Part shown: piece by piece, positions 16,405 to 22,668 of the stretch
Layout: every line of letters starts with the position of its first letter
Position numbering within the stretch: the first letter of the stretch is position 1
IMG/VR virus record: IMGVR_UViG_2565956720_000001
Length of the DNA: 22,730 bases
Origin: a virus
Taxonomy: Duplodnaviria; Heunggongvirae; Uroviricota; Caudoviricetes
Strand: one strand, 5' to 3'
The notes under the pieces: model-generated
What the model was told of the DNA's origin: nothing
Database searches by the model: none
What the model saw: the letters and a program-made list of their open reading frames with translations, nothing else
Made by a program: the position numbers and the translations under genes

Positions 16405-18075
16405 TTACCCACCCTGACCACTAACTGCATTCGCCATAGCTGACAAAACACTCGGATCCGAAGTTTTAGCTTCGCTTAGCGTCTTGGCGCCCTGTGCCGC
16501 CGCCATTCCCATCGCCATCATTTGTTGCTGCTGTTGCTGCTGTGCCCGTTGCTGGCGAGCCTGCTCAACCTGTTCCTGCGGAACAATGACGGTTGGAGAC
16601 ACTCCGGACATATCAGCGAATGCATCGATCGCCTGATCAACATTGAGTTTGTCGAGAGCTTCTGGTTTCGCTTGCGCAAGTTGACCAATGAAGTTGACCG
16701 TAGACGCCAGACTGGACAGGCCGATAGACTTCTGCGCCTGAGCCATGACGGAAATGTATTCGACCTTCAGGGGCATACCTTCCATCGCGTCAGGCGGTGG
16801 CGGCAGCATGTTTTTACGCACCATCATCGAGAAAGCGCGGTCAATGAGAGGATTAAGACATTCGTCGTTCAGACGCTCCAGAACCGGCCCCAACATCAGA
16901 AGTTTTTCTTCTTTCATTTCGATCACCGCTTCAACAGGCATCGAGCGGGTATTGATGTTCTGCAACATCATGAACAGATCGACAAAGTAGGCGCTGTTAA
17001 TGATTTGACGAGTGTCCTGAATGTCTGCCACCAAATCTGCTGTACTGGGGTTAACCAGATAAGCAGGCCTGAAGCCATCCTGACCAGTAATCTGATCGAT
17101 ATACGTGATGTCGCCAGGAAGAAGGGAGGCGCGCTGATTCTTGAGGGAAGTCGGAGCAACCATCGGCGGATTGGTGGCTTTATCAATCAACTGCGACTTG
17201 CGCTTCTGGAGAAGCTGCAATGCCTTAACAGGTCCAAGCGCCAGCATACCCGGGCATGATGATCCATAAACATCTTCGCCGTTAACTTCCCAGCGCGGAG
17301 CCATAATTGGAAACTCATCGAATCCGGACTCACGCAACAACTTGTCGTTATCGCCACCAACCTCGTAATAAACCGATTTGAATGGCTTGTTCTTGCTATC
17401 CAGCTTCGATGTATCGCGGTCAATGTTCGGGTAAACCGAATGCATCACTTCAATCCACTTCTCGTAGGTGCCGCTTTCCCACATGCTTTTTACGGATTCG
17501 CTGACGTTATTTAGCCCGAACTCCTGAACAAGCTGACGAACAGTCATAGAGAACTTGCGAAAACAGGTGTCCACACTGCCACGAGGTGAGTTAGCTAGGT
17601 AGTAACTGCCTATCGGGAATGGCATTGTGCGAATGATGTCCTCGTCATCCTCCAGCACTGCCATTGCACCAGTGCTGTATGTGCCGAGGCTTCCGTATAA
17701 CTGCGGCAGAGACTGATAGAGATTCGACTTATTGAACATATCGTTCATGCGGTTCTGCACCGCCTCAAGCCACAACTTAACAGGGCCATAATCCATCATT
17801 TCAGGATCTGGCGTAGCCAGGCGAAACCACGGACGCGCGGGGCTTGTGATGCCTGACATCATGCCGCTGGCGAGAGTGCGCGCCGCCATAGTCCCGGTCG
17901 AATCAATAATGCGTGTATTGCGTCGATCGTTACGGTTGACCTCAGAAGTCAGAAAGCGGGAACCACGTGGGTTGATGTAATCACTCAACTCGCGCCAGTG
18001 CGGCTCGAACGACTGACGCTCGCTTTCAAGTTGTGCGAACTGTTTGTTCAATCGCTCTTTAGTTGTTTCCGCCAT
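16405..18075 (-). CDS. Portal (head-to-tail connector) protein, T7 gp8-like (556 aa)
   Basis: ATG at 18075 with GGAG upstream. C-terminal tail …QQRAQQQQQQQMMAMGMAAAQGA… resembles the remembered T7 gp8 C-terminus (…QKMAQQSMQMGMDNGAAALAQGMAAQ…); size and position fit. Confidence 0.85.
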   Translation of the reverse strand: MAETTKERLNKQFAQLESERQSFEPHWRELSDYINPRGSRFLTSEVNRNDRRNTRIIDSTGTMAARTLASGMMSGITSPARPWFRLATPDPEMMDYGPVKLWLEAVQNRMNDMFNKSNLYQSLPQLYGSLGTYSTGAMAVLEDDEDIIRTMPFPIGSYYLANSPRGSVDTCFRKFSMTVRQLVQEFGLNNVSESVKSMWESGTYEKWIEVMHSVYPNIDRDTSKLDSKNKPFKSVYYEVGGDNDKLLRESGFDEFPIMAPRWEVNGEDVYGSSCPGMLALGPVKALQLLQKRKSQLIDKATNPPMVAPTSLKNQRASLLPGDITYIDQITGQDGFRPAYLVNPSTADLVADIQDTRQIINSAYFVDLFMMLQNINTRSMPVEAVIEMKEEKLLMLGPVLERLNDECLNPLIDRAFSMMVRKNMLPPPPDAMEGMPLKVEYISVMAQAQKSIGLSSLASTVNFIGQLAQAKPEALDKLNVDQAIDAFADMSGVSPTVIVPQEQVEQARQQRAQQQQQQQMMAMGMAAAQGAKTLSEAKTSDPSVLSAMANAVSGQGG

Positions 18076-18089
18076 TTCAATGACTCCGG

Positions 18090-18296
18090 TTACTGACCAA
18101 GCAGCGTTTTACCGCTGGTCTTAGCGGTTGATGTGTCGCCCTGAGAACCGGTAAGCAGCGTAGAACTACGACCAGCAGCAGCGCGACGGCGACGAGTTTC
18201 TTCGTCGCGGGCATCAACAACGGCGGCATCCTGCTCCTGTGGTGCTGCCTGAACTTCTGGTGTTGCAGGCACTGATGGTGAGCTACCCATGCACAT
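18090..18296 (-). CDS. Small hypothetical protein (68 aa, low-complexity, likely disordered) upstream of the portal gene
   Basis: ATG at 18296 preceded by GGAGTCATTGA, the same 11-mer that precedes the portal ATG. Preferred over the overlapping 79-aa frame (18077..18316), which is Leu/His/Arg-rich and has no ribosome-binding site. Confidence 0.5.
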   Translation of the reverse strand: MCMGSSPSVPATPEVQAAPQEQDAAVVDARDEETRRRRAAAGRSSTLLTGSQGDTSTAKTSGKTLLGQ

Positions 18297-18386
18297 ATCA
18301 ATGACTCCGTACGCAATTAAATTATTACCAATTTAACCACATATGATTTATTTATCGTAGATAGTTGACATTTAACGCACAAATTA

Positions 18387-18401
18387 TTACCTTTCAGGTA
18401 A
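18387..18401. promoter_or_regulatory. Palindrome TTACC-N5-GGTAA (copy 2), about 20 bp after a TTGACA hexamer
   Basis: TTACC (18387-18391), tttca, GGTAA (18397-18401); TTGACA at 18365-18370. The direct repeat AAATTATTACC also occurs at 18319-18329. Confidence 0.4.
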
Positions 18402-18725
18402 CCAAAGAGTTCATTCCGGTTACTAACCTGACTGGCTTGTCGTTAAATTGAACAGGTGGAGTGAGCTTTTATTTTGAGCAGTACGGCGTATGGCACATGC
18501 GCCGATAGCGGTCTGGATACGTTTAAGGGGCACCCTCCCTTGCTCGGGCAAACGAACCAGGTAGCCGGAATGTGCAAGTCACCGTTGGTAGGATAGCGGA
18601 TTCAGGGACTCACCATCCTGGCGATTCGGTGTGACGCCTCGGAAGAGACGAGGGTACAACGATGAGAGCATTTATGGAGCCGCGACAAAGTGTGGCGCCT
18701 TAACAGGCTAAGTGCTCTCAGCGTT

Positions 18726-18802
18726 GTGGCATTAGCTCAGCTGGACAGAGCAACCGCCTTCTAAGCGGTTGGTCGCAGGTTCGAATCCTGCATGCCACGC
18801 CA
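18726..18802 (+). tRNA. tRNA-Arg (anticodon UCU, reads AGA), with encoded CCA
   Basis: Manually folded cloverleaf: acceptor GTGGCAT/ATGCCAC, D-stem GCTC/GAGC, anticodon stem ACCGC/GCGGT with loop CTTCTAA (anticodon TCT), variable loop TGGTC, T-arm GCAGG-TTCGAAT-CCTGC, discriminator G plus CCA. Confidence 0.9.
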
Positions 18803-18846
18803 GAATCACGCCTAAGGACCGTGATGCCAGAAGTTCCAGGGGCTTG

Positions 18847-18888
18847 GCGGTGATGGTTTCCCTTGAAGGACTATCACCGCCCTTTTTA
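18847..18888 (+). terminator. Intrinsic terminator downstream of the tRNA
   Basis: 9-bp stem GGCGGTGAT / ATCACCGCC followed by CTTTTTA. Confidence 0.5.
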
Positions 18889-18965
18889 CAGCAGGACGCC
18901 ATTGCGATGACTTCATGCTGTAAACCAGTACAGCCACGGAAGGCATAACTCATTGCTTCCAGTTC

Positions 18966-18990
18966 GCCCGGTTCGCCGGGCATTTTTTTA
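18966..18990 (+). terminator. Second intrinsic terminator (or attenuator) abutting the ribosome-binding site of the 123-aa ORF
   Basis: GCCCGG-TTCG-CCGGGC hairpin followed by ATTTTTTTA; the AGGTGAG ribosome-binding site of the next ORF starts at the end of the T-tract. Confidence 0.55.
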
Positions 18991-19000
18991 AGGTGAGATT

Positions 19001-19372
19001 ATGAACGACCAGCAAATCGAAAAAGAAATCGTTGAGAAAGGCAAAACTGCTCCTCGCGTTACGCCAGACCATATCGAAAGCATTATTGCTCAGGAGGCAT
19101 ATTTCACAGCAGAGGATGGTGCCTTTGGCAAAGCCATAAAAGCGAAACATACTGGCGGAGAGGTAAACTACCAGCCGCACGAATCACTTTCTCTGCTGAC
19201 GTTCTGCGTCCTGGTGCTGCGCAACGGCTTCACCGTCACCGGAGAGAGCGCCTGTGCAAGCCCGGAAAACTTTGATGCAGAAATTGGTCGGAAGATTGCC
19301 CGGCAGAATGCTGTAAACAAAATCTGGATGCTTGAAGGTTACTTGCTGAAGCAGAAGTTAAGCGAGCAATAA
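19001..19372 (+). CDS. Hypothetical protein (123 aa) carried with the tRNA on the strand opposite the late genes
   Basis: ATG at 19001 with AGGTGA upstream; coherent composition; followed by the GTGACATGTCAC palindrome and a terminator. No family assigned. Confidence 0.7.
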   Translation: MNDQQIEKEIVEKGKTAPRVTPDHIESIIAQEAYFTAEDGAFGKAIKAKHTGGEVNYQPHESLSLLTFCVLVLRNGFTVTGESACASPENFDAEIGRKIARQNAVNKIWMLEGYLLKQKLSEQ

Positions 19373-19376
19373 CACC

Positions 19377-19388
19377 GTGACATGTCAC
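19377..19388. repeat. 12-bp perfect palindrome GTGACATGTCAC, copy 2
   Basis: Exact copy, 4 nt after the stop of the 123-aa ORF and 4 nt before the terminator hairpin. Confidence 0.8.
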
Positions 19389-19392
19389 AAAC

Positions 19393-19420
19393 AGCCAGCC
19401 TATGAGCTGGCTTTGTTTTA
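19393..19420 (+). terminator. Intrinsic terminator between the convergent 123-aa ORF and the large terminase gene (possibly bidirectional)
   Basis: AGCCAGC-CTATGA-GCTGGCT hairpin followed by TTGTTTTA on the plus strand; an A/T-rich flank is also present on the other side. Confidence 0.55.
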
Positions 19421-19462
19421 TCCTCATCAGAGGATATCAACGACATTATCCCCACCAGCGGA

Positions 19463-20938
19463 TTAAGCATAAGGGTCATAATCCGTTATGGCCCTTCCCT
19501 GCTGGCTTTGCTGTCCTGGTATATTTATGCGTTTCGAGACCGGGAACGCAAACGTCAGCAGTAGCGCATCGCCTTTACCAGGAGAACGCCCAAGTCGCTC
19601 TTTGATATCTTCCTTCGGTTCGATAACGATTTTACCGTCCACTCGAACTTTGTACTCTGCTGCCGACAGGTCGTCCGCTGTTTCCTGGTCATCAAGCATG
19701 CCGCCCAGCCTCAGCCATGTCTTGCATGAATTGAACATCTCCCCACGCTTGTTGAGCATCTGCGGGTCAGTAGACGCGCCACCGAACGGAACAAGTTGCC
19801 ATGTACGACCCCATCCGTCACCGATTGACTTCAGACCGGTTCCGTAACCGAAGTCGATGAACACCGCGTCAGCCTGATACTGGTCTTCAAAGTCAGCGAT
19901 ACGCTTCGCCATAATCAGATCGTCGGTAGTCTTGTTGCCAGTCCACAGCACCTTACTGTGTAGCCCCTGCCGCAGGTATATCACCGCGTCATCAACGCCT
20001 GAATATGCCGGGTCAACACCGATTATCACCGGAGCATGCGCCACCTGCGCAGCGGTTACCACCCGTTTCATTGCCTCATCAGTAAGACCGGTAGGGATAA
20101 ACTGCAATTCAGATGCATCAGGGAATATGCCGCGCACACGGATTTTAACGAAGTCGCTGTCTTCCCCGTAGTCATCAACCCATTTCTGCAACTGCTGTTT
20201 GTTAGTGCCTTCCACCGTTCGGCTGTCAATCTGCGCAGTTTTCCAGCGGTGTTTATATTTGCGGAAACATTCGCGAAAACGCCCGGTGTTACGTGTAGGG
20301 TTTCCGAACGCCACCCAGATAATCTCAGTGTCTTCGTCCGTAAGCGCACCCTCAGCAACTTCCCACACCAGATCCGCAATGTTCGACGCTTCATCGAATA
20401 CCACGATGATGCGTTTGCGCTCGTTGTGTAGTCCGGCGAATGCCTCAGTGTTGTGCTCAGACCAGGGTATTGCGTCAGCCCGCCACCGCTTGTCGTGCCC
20501 AGGGTCATTGCTGTACATCGCAGTAGCGGTACAGGTAAACCAGTCTTTCGTGATAGCAAGGTTCGACCACTTGATAATTTCCGGCCAGGTCTTCGTTCGT
20601 AGCTGGTTGTCGGTGTTGGCGGTCACCACGATCTTACAATCCTCGCAAGTGGACATGCCCCAGTTGATCAGCATTGAGATGAATGCGGATTTACCAATAC
20701 CGTGACCAGAAGCGCGTGCCAGCATAAGCGGCTGATAGCGCGTCTCTGGATTCTGCAGGTGATCACGTATCTCTCGGAACGCATCAGCCTGCCACTGACG
20801 TGGGCCGGTAGCATGTGCCAGTTCAGTCCCCTCTTCCCCCCACGGGAACGCATAGAGGGCATAGCCAAGCGGATCGTGAGTGAACCCTGCAATATCCTCG
20901 ATCAACTGCTCTTCAGGAGATAACGCTGTATCTGTCAC
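19463..20938 (-). CDS. Terminase large subunit (491 aa)
   Basis: Long ORF directly after the small-subunit gene, with GTG start overlapping its stop (GTGA). Size and neighbourhood are typical of terminase large subunits; no motif was verified by search. Confidence 0.85.
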   Translation of the reverse strand: MTDTALSPEEQLIEDIAGFTHDPLGYALYAFPWGEEGTELAHATGPRQWQADAFREIRDHLQNPETRYQPLMLARASGHGIGKSAFISMLINWGMSTCEDCKIVVTANTDNQLRTKTWPEIIKWSNLAITKDWFTCTATAMYSNDPGHDKRWRADAIPWSEHNTEAFAGLHNERKRIIVVFDEASNIADLVWEVAEGALTDEDTEIIWVAFGNPTRNTGRFRECFRKYKHRWKTAQIDSRTVEGTNKQQLQKWVDDYGEDSDFVKIRVRGIFPDASELQFIPTGLTDEAMKRVVTAAQVAHAPVIIGVDPAYSGVDDAVIYLRQGLHSKVLWTGNKTTDDLIMAKRIADFEDQYQADAVFIDFGYGTGLKSIGDGWGRTWQLVPFGGASTDPQMLNKRGEMFNSCKTWLRLGGMLDDQETADDLSAAEYKVRVDGKIVIEPKEDIKERLGRSPGKGDALLLTFAFPVSKRINIPGQQSQQGRAITDYDPYA

Positions 20939-21531
20939 TGATTACCATCCTGACGTTCTTTGAGTCGCTTCCTGGCTGCCGCTATGCGATCAGCAATTGT
21001 CACATTCACATTAACATCCAGGCGTTCTTTGAATGCGTTGACGTCGACGTGCTTACCAATCAGTTCGAGGTTCTTCACCTTGTCAGGCCATTTAATTTTT
21101 TTGAGGATTGTCTCTATCGAATCCTCGTTCATGTTCATGATGGTCGATGACAGATCAAAGCCACTAAGCGTAGTGCGCCAGATTTTCGGCCACTCGCGGA
21201 TTGGCTTAAGGCTCCCATCGTCGTTGAGGATATCAATCACGTCCATCTGGTCGATCTCCACCAGGCGCATGAGAACGTAATCGGCACTGACGCGCATTCG
21301 TTTGTTGCGCTCCTCCATCAACTCGGCAATCCGTTTTTGAATGCGTTCATCGCGCATCATGACACTGGCTTTAACTGCCGCTGTATTTGGGGAGAATCCT
21401 GCGTTAATCGCTGCCTGAGTCTGGTTTTCAGGCGTTTTGATGTATGACTGGCAATAAGCCTCCTGCATTGCGGTTAGTGGCTTAAATTGCGTTGATTTGC
21501 GTTTATAGGTTTTAGGTTCAGCAGGCATCAT
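20935..21531 (-). CDS. Terminase small subunit (about 198 aa)
   Basis: Start placed at ATG 21531 (tandem ATG ATG preceded by AGGGTGG). The track's longer ORF begins with TTG at 21609 and would include a terminator hairpin. Basic, helical N-terminus; immediately precedes and overlaps the large subunit gene. Confidence 0.75.
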   Translation of the reverse strand: MMPAEPKTYKRKSTQFKPLTAMQEAYCQSYIKTPENQTQAAINAGFSPNTAAVKASVMMRDERIQKRIAELMEERNKRMRVSADYVLMRLVEIDQMDVIDILNDDGSLKPIREWPKIWRTTLSGFDLSSTIMNMNEDSIETILKKIKWPDKVKNLELIGKHVDVNAFKERLDVNVNVTIADRIAAARKRLKERQDGNQ

Positions 21532-21548
21532 AACCACCCTGGTAATTG

Positions 21549-21563
21549 TTACCGTTGTGGTAA
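21549..21563. promoter_or_regulatory. Palindrome TTACC-N5-GGTAA (copy 3), with an extra GGTAA half-site at 21541-21545, just upstream of the small terminase start
   Basis: GGTAA (21541-21545), ttg, TTACC (21549-21553), gttgt, GGTAA (21559-21563); 18 bp from the terS ATG. Could be an operator or a terminase-recognition element. Confidence 0.4.
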
Positions 21564-21573
21564 TAGTACCATG

Positions 21574-21600
21574 CAAAATAAAGCCGCCATAGTTGGCGGC
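21574..21600 (-). terminator. Intrinsic terminator between the accessory operon and the terminase genes (minus strand)
   Basis: On the minus strand: GCCGCC-AACTAT-GGCGGC hairpin followed by TTTATTTTG. Confidence 0.45.
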
Positions 21601-21641
21601 AGTATTCAAAACCCATCAAATTCATCATGCATAATCTACTC

Positions 21642-21653
21642 GTGACATGTCAC
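21642..21653. repeat. 12-bp perfect palindrome GTGACATGTCAC, copy 3
   Basis: Exact copy overlapping the TGA stop of the 21650..21988 ORF, about 40 bp upstream of a terminator hairpin on the minus strand. Confidence 0.8.
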
Positions 21654-21988
21654 ACTATTAATTTAGTTTCATGCCAGCCTTTAGTCACCCAGCATTGCGA
21701 GTCACCATTACACGGGCATGAATTAACGGGAACTTTCTCGCCGCACTTACCGCAACGTTTTCTGCTAATCGATTTTATACGCCCGCGCACGCGTGCATCA
21801 TCCTGGCGGATCAGTAACGCTATATACTCCCCAAATTCGTAAGGCGCACGCCCGGGGCGACGCGTGGCACAGTTACGCTCCAGCATTTCCTGCTCCTGCT
21901 TATCCAGCACCAGTTCAATTTTGCGCTCACCGGCGGCGGACTGCCGAGCGCGCTGCGCGGCTTTGCGTTCTGCGGGGGATTTAGCCAC
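21650..21988 (-). CDS. Hypothetical protein with a C-terminal Cys cluster (CGKCG…CPCNG), putative zinc ribbon
   Basis: Start uncertain: GTG 21988 (GGAG 8 nt upstream), GTG 21997 (track) or ATG 21886 (AGGAG 6 nt upstream). No family recognised. Confidence 0.55.
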   Translation of the reverse strand: MAKSPAERKAAQRARQSAAGERKIELVLDKQEQEMLERNCATRRPGRAPYEFGEYIALLIRQDDARVRGRIKSISRKRCGKCGEKVPVNSCPCNGDSQCWVTKGWHETKLIV

Positions 21989-22103
21989 GAATCGCACTCC
22001 ACGCCAGATTGATTAATGACTCCCAGGTAATATAAACCCGGATACCAGCAGCCAGGCCGAAACCAATCACCATGGCATAAAGCAGAGCGTTGCACTTGTT
22101 CAT
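21981..22103 (-). CDS. Unlisted 39-codon ORF encoding a single-TM peptide (MNKCNALLYAMVIGFGLAAGIRVYITWESLINLAWSAIRG)
   Basis: ATG 22103 overlaps the TGA of the upstream gene (ATGA) and is preceded by AGGAGGTGA 4 nt upstream; hydrophobic core flanked by Lys/Arg and Trp; below the 60-aa cutoff of the ORF track. Confidence 0.45.
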   Translation of the reverse strand: MNKCNALLYAMVIGFGLAAGIRVYITWESLINLAWSAIRG

Positions 22104-22399
22104 CACTTCACCTCCTGCGGAGTAGCCTTTACAAGCACTGGTGTAAATCCATCTTCATTAAGGTTATGAATATAGACTTCCGTTCTCCTGCGCTCTTCAG
22201 CGTTTAATATGGTTTCTGGATCATAAACCCATACTTTCATTCGACTATTCCATGAAGAAATCGCTTCAGATTTAGTTCGTTTTTCTGGTCCTTGGGCACC
22301 ACATTTGCATGACACATAGCGCATTTTCCCTCTGATACTGAATGAGTATCCGATGTTAAGCACAGTGGAACCACAGAATGGGCAGCGATATAGATTCAT
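22103..22399 (-). CDS. Lar-family (restriction alleviation, RalR-like) zinc-ribbon protein (98 aa)
   Basis: ATG 22399 with AAGGTGG 7 nt upstream. CPFCG…CKCG…EAISSWNSR matches the remembered Rac prophage Lar/RalR pattern (KPCPFCG…C-x-GC…EALERWNKR). Confidence 0.65.
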   Translation of the reverse strand: MNLYRCPFCGSTVLNIGYSFSIRGKMRYVSCKCGAQGPEKRTKSEAISSWNSRMKVWVYDPETILNAEERRRTEVYIHNLNEDGFTPVLVKATPQEVK

Positions 22400-22668
22400 A
22401 AATCATCCACCTTAGGCGCAACTGAGACAGCAACATTCCAGAACTCAGAAAACATATTGTATGCACCAGATAGATTGGAAGTGGCATACCCTCCAAGCTC
22501 ACTTCTAATCTGAACGGCTCTCATCATTTCCGGTGTTAACTCCTTCGGCACCATAACCCAACCATCCGGAGTTACCGGAGAGTTGCCAGCCAGTCTACGC
22601 AAAACAGTCTTAACCGCCTCAATACGGTCATCATCGCAACTTTCCAGCGTATCTATGCGATCGAGCAT
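22396..22668 (-). CDS. Hypothetical phage protein (90 aa from ATG 22668; may extend 5' beyond the window)
   Basis: Its TGA overlaps the downstream ATG (ATGA). No ribosome-binding site precedes ATG 22668, and the frame stays open to the window edge (…AESNRGNEWTGNPDIDNAII-MLDRIDTLES…), so the true start may lie outside. Confidence 0.6.
   Translation of the reverse strand: MLDRIDTLESCDDDRIEAVKTVLRRLAGNSPVTPDGWVMVPKELTPEMMRAVQIRSELGGYATSNLSGAYNMFSEFWNVAVSVAPKVDDL

Noticed and set aside
16500-16560. CAG/CAA-rich tract (poly-Gln) in the portal 3' region as a possible slippage or phase-variation repeat
   Set aside because: The codons are mixed (CAA/CAG/CAT/CGC) rather than a pure homopolymer or strict short repeat, and the tract encodes the Gln/Met/Ala-rich portal tail also remembered from T7 gp8.
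3404-17423. Numerous 60-250-aa ORFs on the plus strand (and alternative minus frames) overlapping the long virion genes, e.g. 3404..3730, 3992..4354, 12147..12836, 13384..13863, 15668..16102, 16522..17259
   Set aside because: All lie inside longer, translationally coupled minus-strand genes with coherent products; their own products are Arg/Ser/Cys/His-rich and lack ribosome-binding sites.
18077-18316. 79-aa minus-strand ORF in the alternative frame to the 68-aa ORF
   Set aside because: Leu/His/Arg-rich, no ribosome-binding site; the overlapping 18090..18296 frame has GGAG at the correct spacing.
18732-19180. Minus-strand ORFs (83 aa and 76 aa) antisense to the tRNA, its terminators and the 123-aa ORF
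   Set aside because: They overlap a canonical tRNA and hairpin terminators, and have no start signals.
19488-20923. Plus-strand ORFs inside the large terminase gene (119, 79, 131, 168, 73 aa) and the minus-strand alternative frames 20068..20559 and 20668..20892
   Set aside because: Shadows of the 491-aa terminase ORF.
21532-21609. N-terminal 26-codon extension of the small terminase ORF given by the ORF track
   Set aside because: It begins with TTG and would contain a terminator hairpin and T-tract. The ATG pair at 21531/21528 has a ribosome-binding site and gives a protein of plausible size.
21820-22095. 91-aa minus-strand ORF overlapping the zinc-ribbon ORF and the 39-codon ORF
   Set aside because: GTG start with no ribosome-binding site, Trp/Cys/Pro-rich product; both overlapping frames have better signals.
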